Below, one piece after another: positions 1 through 9,264 of a DNA stretch of 64,000 bases (position 1 is the first letter of the stretch; every line of letters begins with the position of its first letter). The position numbers were made by a program, and so were the translations under genes. Source of the DNA: an uncultured Methanosarcinaceae archaeon (GTDB taxonomy: Archaea > Halobacteriota > Methanosarcinia > Methanosarcinales > Methanosarcinaceae); the NCBI GenBank assembly GCA_963733675.1, contig CAVTET010000001.1, positions 320,001-384,000 on the forward strand, read 5' to 3'. The notes under the pieces are model-generated. The model searched no databases and was not told where the DNA came from. It saw only the letters and a list, made by a program, of their open reading frames with translations.

Positions 1-382
1 ATACTGAGATCTTGACGTTTATTAGAGTTTCTGCCAGCTCTCTGGTTCTACCATTCCTTCCTATAATCCGGCCCTTTATGCGTTGTAGTTCTTTTGGAGT
101 AGTAGCAACATCTGAAAGGTCGATGATCTCAAGCATAAGCATTTCATCTTCCAAAAGTTCAAGGGCTTTTTCGGGACTAAAACCCCTCCCTATCGCTTTG
201 AGAGTTTCTAGAATCCTGAATTCTTTCAACGAATCTCCTTCACAGGTGACATCTATTTTTCCACTGTCGCTGTCAATGTCCAATTGACATACAGTTTTGT
301 CCTCTATAAATTTTTTAAGTTCTCCTTTCGGGCCTATAATTACTCCAACTCTCTCGTGGGGTATTTTGACATACTGAGTCAT
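1..382 (-). CDS. KH-domain rRNA-processing protein Dim2/Pno1 (runs off window start)
   Basis: Manual translation from ATG at 382: MTQYVKIPHERVGVIIGPKGELKKFIE...RIKGRIIGRNGRTRELAE, two GxxG KH loops; conserved eif1A-rio1-dim2 order. Confidence 0.9.
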   Translation of the reverse strand, partial: MTQYVKIPHERVGVIIGPKGELKKFIEDKTVCQLDIDSDSGKIDVTCEGDSLKEFRILETLKAIGRGFSPEKALELLEDEMLMLEIIDLSDVATTPKELQRIKGRIIGRNGRTRELAETLINVKISV

Positions 383-383
383 G

Positions 384-1160
384 TTATTCCGCCTGTATTT
401 TTGTAAATAGTTCTTCAGGTTTGTCTTTGATCCCATAGCGTCTGAAGAACCGAAGTATATTTTGTATGTCCCTGTAGAGAAACTCGCGAGCATTAGGATG
501 TCCCAGGGTCACAGATTGCCCCATATCAATGAATATAGGAGCAAAATTATTTTGGTCAATTAAAATGTTGTATTCGCTAAGATCTGCATGTACAAGGTTT
601 GCTTCTTTATAGAGGAGACGCATGTATTCGACTATTGTATCAAAAACAAGTTTTTGTTTATCGTTTTCAAGAGGTGTGTTCTTCAGGGGGGAATATGGTA
701 TCTCATTTTTTCCCATAAACTCCATGATAAGAATGTTTTTCTCGGCAAATATCGGTTCAGGTACCCTGACTCCTACGCTTTTTGCACGTTTAAGGTTCTG
801 AAACTCCTTGCGTGTCCATGCAAAAATTATATCCCTCTTGTTATTTCGGATGTTTGTGAAGCGAGGGTCTTTCATAATATAGGCGTCCATAGCCCTGAAA
901 GTGCTGCTGGAAATTCTATATATTTTTACTGCCAGTTCTTTTTCCGGACCCTCCGCATAGAATACATTTGCTTCTTTTCCAGTACTGATGGATCCACCCA
1001 TTGCCCTTATTATGCCCTTATTGGAAATGGTATAAAGGAGCTTAAGGGTAGGTACGTCAAATACATTTTCTTCCACTTTCAGCCGCTCGGAGTCTTTCTC
1101 CTTGGCGCGTAATCTGTCCCTAGAGCTATCTAGTCTCCTTATTTTTTCTGCCTGGTCCAT
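384..1160 (-). CDS. rio1: RIO1-family serine/threonine kinase
   Basis: STGKEANVF P-loop, AVKIY, LVHADLSEYNIL catalytic loop, IDMGQSV. Confidence 0.95.
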   Translation of the reverse strand: MDQAEKIRRLDSSRDRLRAKEKDSERLKVEENVFDVPTLKLLYTISNKGIIRAMGGSISTGKEANVFYAEGPEKELAVKIYRISSSTFRAMDAYIMKDPRFTNIRNNKRDIIFAWTRKEFQNLKRAKSVGVRVPEPIFAEKNILIMEFMGKNEIPYSPLKNTPLENDKQKLVFDTIVEYMRLLYKEANLVHADLSEYNILIDQNNFAPIFIDMGQSVTLGHPNAREFLYRDIQNILRFFRRYGIKDKPEELFTKIQAE

Positions 1161-1167
1161 TATTATG

Positions 1168-1497
1168 TTATCCTTTCAGGTACCCTTTTCTCTCAAGCCA
1201 TTCTACCTGTGGCCTTGTGTACTTCCATATCACGTCTGCCTTTTCATTCTGAAATTCCCATGGCACAATGATTACAACATCTCCTTCTCTGATCCATGTT
1301 TTCTTTTTCATTGAACCAGGGATTCTTCCCATACGAACGACCCCATCCATGCAACGAAGTCTCAATCGATTTGCACCAAGAAGACTTTCTACTGTCGCTA
1401 GGATTTCATTATTGTCTCTACGCGGTGTGCGTATTTTTGTAACTGTCTCTTCCATTCCAGACTTGGTTTTGGATGTAGGTTTCTTTAAGTCTGCCAG
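1168..1497 (-). CDS. eif1A: Translation initiation factor aIF-1A; probable CTG start at 1497 (ORF track starts at ATG 1455)
   Basis: [37 protein letters not shown] fold; GAGGT 6 nt before an in-frame CTG, in-frame TAA just upstream. Confidence 0.92.
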   Translation of the reverse strand: MADLKKPTSKTKSGMEETVTKIRTPRRDNNEILATVESLLGANRLRLRCMDGVVRMGRIPGSMKKKTWIREGDVVIIVPWEFQNEKADVIWKYTRPQVEWLERKGYLKG

Positions 1498-2469
1498 TGT
1501 GATACCTCGTTATCTGTAGTTTATTATTAATGTGCTATAACGATTTAGCTGGGGAAAACGAAATCAATAGCCATCTTTACTAAGCTCCACTGAACAAATT
1601 TATATGAGCTTATTTTCTTCAACTATCGGCTATATACCCTGTTTTTATTTTTCCATCAATTCGTCTCCAGAAGTATCTATTGCATCAAAATAGATCTCAT
1701 CCAGCTGATATTTGGTAAACTGAATAATTTCATTGTGCTTTTTATTTTTAGACCCTGAGTATCATATATCTTTTTTTCAAGCTTTAAGGTTATTTGTTCC
1801 GCAGTTTTCAACTTAATATAATTAGTTTAATTTTACGAATTTCGTTCTTCTGTCACTACATTTTTATTTTTATTTTTCAGTGAGTTTGCCTCAAGATGAT
1901 ACCTATATATATTAAGTTTGAATTTGCCTTGCCTCATGCGTAAAATAAGTGGAATAACTCTAAAATTATAAATTCAAGTATGAAATTAAGTGATTATCTG
2001 AAGCAAATTTTCATGCAATGTAGGGATTCATTTTAATTATGCTGCCTAAATATTATAATGTATATCTATTAAATCAGAGGTAGGTCAGTTACCATAGGAT
2101 ATGAGTCTTTCAGAGCATTTCAATCATAGTTGTATATTTGGGATCTTCTTCTGCCCAAGTAGATCCTATCTATAAATATAATGAGCACGAGTGGTACTCT
2201 TTGTATTATTAATTGAGTAATTACTACTCATTAAACATGGATCCATGAGTTTTTTTCCGCCTGATGAAAATTTTGTCGTTTCAGCTAATCCTAATTTGTA
2301 GGTGTTTTACATAAAAATCCTATCTTAAAACCGAAAATAACTGAATTGAAGTTATTTGTACAAGTTTACACGGCCTAGAGCCTTAAGTATGAGATACATA
2401 ATCAAAATTTCGGTGGCCCACACCTTTGTAAGCAACTGGGTATGTTCACATTCCCGCTCTCGATATAAA

Positions 2470-2906
2470 TTATTCCAAATCAAATGTTTTAATGTGCTTA
2501 TATACTTTTTTCTTCTGTTCTCCTTGATATTAACCACTTTTTTAATTACATAGGAAGTTGTACCATCACCAATAATTCAAATGTAGCTGACCTCAATCCG
2601 TAGTTTACAACGTTATATTTTTTTTAATTATGTCCACTCTCTAAAGATTTATCTCTCTTGATATTTTTTTGATCTTCATCAAGTTTGAAAGAAAATATTT
2701 TGGTTCACTACCAACCAGAGATGCACATGATCACCATCAGTGCATATCGCATCAAAATCAAAACAGTACCTTGTACCAATTTCAAAGCATATATCTTTCA
2801 AATAATTGATGACCCCCATTGCCTAAAAAATCACTATACTCAATACATAAAAAATCATTTGATGTCTGATTTTATAGACACAATAGTTTGCATGAAGTAG
2901 TTCCAT
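2470..2906 (-). pseudogene. tnpA: IS200/IS605-family TnpA (Y1 HUH transposase) relic
   Basis: Fragments MELLHANYCVYK, YLKDICFEIGTRYCFDFDAICTDGDHVHL (HUH motif), EPKY, GDGTTS with many frameshifts. Confidence 0.8.
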
Positions 2907-3677
2907 TTCATAGTTCAAAAGTAGCATAAAATATAAATAATAAATTAATAACGGTTCTCAGGAAAGTTTCTATCCACGCAATGAGTTACAGGGTATTATA
3001 CTTAGATAAATATTGTATACTATATTCCCATTTTTCTAACTCTGATAAGTCTCTCTTAGTCAATTGAACTGGAAAAGGAATCTGCCCTTGTTGAGAATAT
3101 ATTCAAAACTTTGAAAATCTCGGTTTTCTTCTCCAGTTACCTTTTCCTCAGGAACCCCACGTTGTGCATTAACTTAAATAGAAATATTAAAAACGATATA
3201 TTCAGCAAAATTCAAACTTTTACTTCCAAGTTTGTTCAATAATTTAGGATTTTCCCCGTAGAACCCATTCATTGCTGCATAAGAGAAAGTAATAAATTCT
3301 ACTATTAATTTGTCAATTATTTTAGAGATATTTTATTATTTGAGGGATTTTTAATTTATTAAGGTCAAATGATAGTATAAATATAATAGCAAAATTTTGA
3401 GATAGAGATAACTTAAAAAAAATATATATCAGTTTTTTAAATACTTATTTTTGCTTCTACTTTCTCTTTGATATGTTTATTTATATTTTGAATTCTTTTT
3501 ATTTCATATAATTTTTCCTGATGCTCAATCTTTGAAGCTCGCTTAATTACCCAAACACTGGCAAAACGCTGTGCTAACTGGATCATTCTCTGGAGCTAGG
3601 AGATATGTCAGTAGAAATCGAATTGAATATCAAACTCACTAAGCTTGATATAGAAACTAGAGACAAGGAGAAGTAAT

Positions 3678-3891
3678 ATGGTCTGTCCTGTGTTGTGCTG
3701 TTGGAGGAATTGCGTATATTGCCAGTAGGATCTTTAGGTTTCCTGATGTAGTTGTTGCTTTTATGACTGGAATGCTGGCGACTTCGATGGCATATTGGGG
3801 AAATCATATTATGGCGAAAAAATGGAAGAAAATAAAAGGTCAACTTTTAGCAATCAATATCCTATCAGGGATTATATATATACTCACTTAA
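3678..3891 (+). pseudogene. Small CPxC membrane protein, frameshifted by one extra base near the start
   Basis: AAGGAG SD then ATG; removing one T at GTGTTGTGCT gives MVCPVCAVGGIAYIASRIFRFPDVVVAFMTGMLATSMAYWGNHIMAKKWKKIKGQLLAINILSGIIYILT*. Confidence 0.55.
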
Positions 3892-5372
3892 ATTAATTGG
3901 ATTGTTGTAAACGTCGAGAACTTGTTTCCACAAAAGAGGAATTGAAATTTTTTCAGTCTAAAAGCAAATTTTAATCGCAATTTGTAAGGGTCTTCATGAG
4001 TAAATATAAATGTTAAAAAAATTATAATTTCCATACTCAAATGCAGAGGAATTTATCGAAATTCTTTTATAGATTCTCAGCAATGTTACTAATTTACTGT
4101 AAATTAAAAGTTAAGTTTTTATGCAGTGTATATAATCTAATTCTCCCTATTATGAATTTTCTTCTCAATAGCCTAGTGAGATTTATGAGTTCGCAGGAAT
4201 TTTCCCAGTGAATACTACTATCTTTAGAATAGGTTTGAATATCAACTAGATCGCCAATATGCTCCTTAAGCGGGAAATTAGACTATTATGAATTAAATAT
4301 AACTTTGCTTAGGGGAAATATTTTACTGTTACCCTATAATCGGAAAAATATTTTTCCCGTTTTGTAAAAAAATTTCATAATTATTCAGCTAGAATAAAAT
4401 CACATTGTAGCCATTTTATTTAAAATTTGATGCAATTTTGTTTTGAAGAGATTTTCTTTAATTGCAGGCTATTGATTTGTTTTTCGGTTTCGTATTAGTT
4501 GATAATTACACAGTTTTGACAACAAAAAACAAAATCAATAACTGGATTTTTGATAGCTGAATAATTACTTAATTTCATTTTTTACTTTTCCACACATGTT
4601 TATATCAAAAGTCGAGATTTATATTTATTCACTTAGTTTCGAATTGATCGCAGTCTGATGCTAGTGGAATTAATGATATGTTTTGCAATCCCAGAATATA
4701 TTTAATATTCCCCAAACTTCAAATTTCTATTCTTAAACTTTTCCATAATAGATTCTACTAAAACACCATCAATGAGAAACTGGCTGTGCTAACATTCTTT
4801 TACTTTGCTTGGACCTTCGAAAAAGCTGGTTATTTTCATAGTGCAGAATGGACTTTTTAAAACACCTACGATTTCCATTTTTATGCCGACTGCTACAAGG
4901 TCCTCGAAAAGATCTACAAAAGGAATGAAGACTTCCTGGCAAAAAAGCTTATCGACTGTGAGTCAAAGTGATCTTTAGTAATTTTCAGCCACTTCATTTC
5001 GGAAAACATGGCTTTGGAGAATAGAATCTCGATAAAATTTGCGCCTGTTACATCAATAGATAGAATTGGTTTTTATTCCTATATCTTGTAAGATCGTTAA
5101 GTAAGCAGTAACTCATAATCATAAATCTTCTATATAACCGTTTTTCGCAGATTTTCAGTAACTCGAGAAGAATCATTATTGACTATTTTTCTTATATATT
5201 ATAACCTATGGTTCTCTTCGTCGAAAATAAAAGATTATATATCTGTCTTCGGCATATGTATCCGAAAATAGTATCAGATGGCCTGCATAAAAGCTATATT
5301 TTTGTAATCAGTCAGTCTATAATTGCAAAATAAATGCAGGAGTACTACCGTATAATTGGAAGGTCACAGCAC

Positions 5373-6278
5373 ATGCATGAAAATTTAGAAACAATAATTA
5401 GAAAAGGATTCTACAGTTGGGTTAGAAATGTAAACATCTGTATCCCATTCATTCTCAACTTTTTTGTCGATCTGATTCTCTTAGTTTTATTCTTAGTCTT
5501 ATTAAGTATTTTGCTTCTTGCCTCAAATAACGGAAATGTAGTTAATACTGCTTCCCTTTCCCAAAAGGAGATTCTTTCCACATTATTGGAAGGATTTACG
5601 GAAAATATTATACTGTCTATACTTTTAATTCTTTTATTTTTCCTTATCGGAATGTTCATACAGTCCTTTTTCACAGCAGGTGCAATAGCGATGGCAAAGA
5701 AGGCGTCTGAGACTGGAGATGCCCCCCTCTCTGATATGTTTAGCTCAGGTTCGAAAAATGCTTTCAGGTTTTTTTTGACAACTTTGTTAATAACCCTGCT
5801 GGAGCTGGGAGGAATCATATTTATAGTACCTGGAGTCCTCATAGTAGGAGATCTAAGTACGCTGATCGAAAATCCAATAGCTCAGATGCAGGGAACGGAA
5901 ATAATTAGCATAGGCTTAACTTTATTGGGAATATATATAGTAGCTATAAGTATAGTGCTTTCACCTACCTTATATGCTCTTGTAATCGATGAACTGGGCA
6001 CTTTTGAAGCTTTAAGCACAGGTTTTCATTTCTTTATGAAGAATAAAATGGATGTATTTTTAATCTGGATAATTTTTACAGTATTGTCATCAATCAACAT
6101 TCTCGTCAGTGAGTATGCAGATCCTGGAAGTATTCTGGTCTCGTGGTTTACATCCCTCCTCCCTATAGTTATTATACAGCCTCTTAAAACTGTAATCTGG
6201 ACGCGTATTTATGTTAGTAAAGAGGGACAGAAACTTTATGATCCATCTTATCTGCTTTCCTATTCGGATAAGGGATAA
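5373..6278 (+). CDS. Multi-pass membrane protein of unknown function
   Basis: Long ORF with about 6 hydrophobic segments; start at MHENLE (5373) preferred, 5334 possible. Confidence 0.8.
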   Translation: MHENLETIIRKGFYSWVRNVNICIPFILNFFVDLILLVLFLVLLSILLLASNNGNVVNTASLSQKEILSTLLEGFTENIILSILLILLFFLIGMFIQSFFTAGAIAMAKKASETGDAPLSDMFSSGSKNAFRFFLTTLLITLLELGGIIFIVPGVLIVGDLSTLIENPIAQMQGTEIISIGLTLLGIYIVAISIVLSPTLYALVIDELGTFEALSTGFHFFMKNKMDVFLIWIIFTVLSSINILVSEYADPGSILVSWFTSLLPIVIIQPLKTVIWTRIYVSKEGQKLYDPSYLLSYSDKG

Positions 6279-6310
6279 GAGGCTTTAAAATAGTTGAATA
6301 TATGTCTATT

Positions 6311-6399
6311 AAAAATTTCGATAAACATCCGATTTCAACAAATTGTTCATGTAGGCTTCATAAACACCCAGCCAAAGAGTAGGATTTATCGAAATTCTC
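6311..6399. repeat. 89-bp MITE with GAGAATTTCGATAAA-type terminal inverted repeats
   Basis: AAAAATTTCGATAAACATCC ... GGATTTATCGAAATTCTC; same ends as the old IS5 relics. Confidence 0.6.
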
Positions 6400-6420
6400 A
6401 TTATATGTGTATATTCCCTC

Positions 6421-7329
6421 TTAAGCTCTGCCTAGAAATTTACAGGCCTGACATACATCTTTAGTACAGGTCTCGCCACATATCCTACATCTTTCTATTA
6501 TTGCAGGAGGGAATTCTTTTGCAAGGGATCCTACAAGTTTGTCAAAACCCCGAAGCAGAGAATATTTGGTCCCCGGGTGTCTTGTCTCAAAATTGTTCAA
6601 CATTCCCCTCACTTCTTCTCGAAGGGCTTCTCCTGCATACTTACATTCACCGAGGTCAACTTGGAGGGAATTTACAAGAGCATAGAGAGCTACTTCTTTT
6701 TCAGGAATATTTCTTAGTGGCTTTGCCCGTAATACCAGGCCTTCTATAGCTGTAGGCGGAGCAAGCCTTATCATACGTTTTATATCTCCCCTTAAGTGGT
6801 TGAGTAGAATAGTCTGGGCTTCATCATCCAGGTTGTGGCCCGTGACTAACTTCGTTGCCCCAATTTCAAGAGCTGTACTATTGAGAATATTTTTTCGAAG
6901 GACGCCACAGTAACTGCATGTGCCTTGTGTTCGGTCAGTTGAAGCCAATTCATCCATAGTTACTCCGTGTGTTTCTTTGAAAGATCTAATGATATGTCGG
7001 ATCTCAAGTTTTTCTGCGAGATTCTTTGCAATTTCAAGGGAATTATGACGGTAACCGCATATTCCTTCATCAACAGAGATCGCTACAATTTTAATGTCTG
7101 GTCTATCTCCTAGAATTTTGTGAATCACATAAAGGGCAACTGAACTGTCCTTACCTCCACTCAAAGCGACTGCCATTATGTCATTTTTCCGGATGCTATA
7201 CTCCTTCCTAATTGTCAGCTTGATCTTTCTCTCAACATCCTCTACAAAGTGTTTCTTGCATAGGTGCATTCCGGAGTATTTCTGGAAAATAATAGATTCA
7301 TGATTACATTTTTTGCATTTGATTGTCAT
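6421..7329 (-). CDS. tRNA 2-thiolation protein NcsA/TtuA (TIGR00269 family)
   Basis: N- and C-terminal Zn fingers, SGGKDS PP-loop, CSYC, GHNLDD. Confidence 0.92.
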   Translation of the reverse strand: MTIKCKKCNHESIIFQKYSGMHLCKKHFVEDVERKIKLTIRKEYSIRKNDIMAVALSGGKDSSVALYVIHKILGDRPDIKIVAISVDEGICGYRHNSLEIAKNLAEKLEIRHIIRSFKETHGVTMDELASTDRTQGTCSYCGVLRKNILNSTALEIGATKLVTGHNLDDEAQTILLNHLRGDIKRMIRLAPPTAIEGLVLRAKPLRNIPEKEVALYALVNSLQVDLGECKYAGEALREEVRGMLNNFETRHPGTKYSLLRGFDKLVGSLAKEFPPAIIERCRICGETCTKDVCQACKFLGRA

Positions 7330-7464
7330 TTAAAATCCTTTTTTGTACCAATTCCCTAGAAATTACTTGGGAAAAAAACTAAACTCACCAAAACTAATAA
7401 ATGAATATTTGTGGAAATAAATTAAATAATAATTATTCAATGTGATAAATTGAATGTATACTGA

Positions 7465-7553
7465 GAGGATTTCGAAAAACCTCTTATTTTCACAAGTTGA
7501 TTATATACCATTTATAATCATATGACAAAATTAAAGGGTTTATCGAAAAACTT
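7465..7553 (+). repeat. 89-bp MITE copy
   Basis: GAGGATTTCGAAAAACCTC ... GGGTTTATCGAAAAACTT; interior CATTTATAATCATATGACAAAATT resembles copies at 59940 and 62787. Confidence 0.6.
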
Positions 7554-7599
7554 ACTAGTTTTTGTACCAGCTTTGTGCCAAATTTCGTGCCCAATTTCT

Positions 7600-8520
7600 T
7601 TCTAGGAAATGACCATTTTTTATATATATTTTGTTATGCATTAAATAGTTCCGAATCTCATCAGTTCTTAAGACCATTTCTACAAATCAGAAGAATGCCA
7701 AAAAAGTTATCAAAACTAATGAAGTAGTTGATTATAGCAAAGAAAAATGACTCCACCTATGGTATGATACAACCATTTTACTGGCTGCATCTTCGGAACT
7801 GTGCATTAATAGTTCATATTAATACCTTTACCTAATCGAGCAAAATATAGCTACTAAGAGGAAGAAATATGGAGACAGTTCAAAAGCCAAGTTAATTGCC
7901 GTGTTTGAAAATAAAAAAGAGAATGATTCTGAAAGTTACTTTTATCCAGTAAGATTCTGGAAATGCAAAAGAGGATTAACCTCAAGAAGATGAAGTAAAA
8001 AAAGGAGAATCAGAGATTGAACTTGGACAAAAAGGGCAAGAATCAAAATTAGGATATAAACTTCATAGCCATAATAGACAAAGATTGTGAGCTTATCAAA
8101 AGATTCAAAACAACAACTAAATCATCTATCATTCTCAGATAGATTTGAATATAATTTAAATGAAGCAGTTTACAGAGGCAGAGAATATTTTGGAGCAAAA
8201 TCAAAAGGTTATGATGCAACAATGAAAAGAGGTGTAAAAGAACATCTTCTGGGAACGAGTGATGTATTAAGAAGGAAAAGTTCTTGTCACGACTGTTAAA
8301 AAAGTTAATTAAAAAATATTGTGCACAGCTTTTTGTTAGCATCTCTATCAGTTGATGATATTGAAAATGAAATGAGAATTTTTAGGGTTGCGTAAGCTCT
8401 CTTTAAAATCAAAGCATAATAAACAAAAAAGAAAAATCTGGTCAAAATGCAGATATTAGGGAGAAAGATTTGGACAGGATCCCGCGAAGGAAAAAAAATT
8501 AGAGGTGAATTAAAATTCTC
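7600..8520 (+). mobile_element. Decayed IS5-family element (old lineage), transposase pseudogene
   Basis: Fragments GYKLH, ELIKRFKTTT, VYRGREYFGAKSKGYDATMKRGVK; 3' tail shared with relics at 11818 and 43331; left end approximate. Confidence 0.75.
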
Positions 8521-8699
8521 TTAATAATGTTTATTTATTAATATATTGCCCACAACAACTGTACTTATACATTGTACATACAATCAAGGTGCTTACTAAC
8601 AAAATATGATACTCTGAGAGTTTGTGGTAAGTGAAAGAATAAATGACAAACATTATTAGTGTTTGATGGAAGCGACTTTTGATGTAATCATAGATAGAT

Positions 8700-8980
8700 C
8701 GACTCTTATTATTTTCTAGCAGCTCGAGCAGAGATTCCTCTTTAATCATGCCTCGACAAAGCCTGCATGGCGTTTCTTTCAAAATTCTCACTAAAAAGCG
8801 CAAAAAACTTGATGAATATATGCTTGTCTTAAGGGAGGTTAATCCCGAAATTTTCTCTAACTTGAATATTCTTTGACATACTTCGGAAAAACAGTGCTAG
8901 AGGTTATGGATGCTATCTGAGAATGAGGAAATGAGTACCTTGTCAAATCTATAAATAAAAATGATTGTTCAAATGGCTAC
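8700..8980 (+). pseudogene. HxlR-family winged-helix regulator relic
   Basis: Fragments SLHGVSFKILTK, LVLREVNPE, LEYSLTYFGKTVLEVMDAI*E*G with stops and a frameshift. Confidence 0.55.
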
Positions 8981-9264
8981 TTCTATTCATCTAAATTTTT
9001 TTTAGATTTTTTTGGAGATTTCTCCTCTTAATTCGAAGAGCAAAAATAAAATTTCACTCAACAAGTAAAAATAAATCCTATCATTTCTATGCTGATTATT
9101 AGTCTTGAGAACTGTTTTTATTCAATTAAAGAATGTAATTAATTTAGAATATATTTAACAATATTTTCAGAAACATTTAACATTTTGAGATATTTGTTTA
9201 TTAATGTCAAAAGGTCTGAAAACACAGAAAACTTTCTGAGTAGGGTAGGTACAAGGTTAAAAAC

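Noticed and set aside
588-1112. Antisense ORFs over rio1 and similarly over cdc48, fae-hps, uvr genes and IS elements
   Set aside because: Shadow frames of well-supported genes with no recognisable motifs
4700-5030. Possible coding relic on the minus strand (FCQEVFIPFVDLFEDL...)
   Set aside because: Too degraded to assign a family without a search
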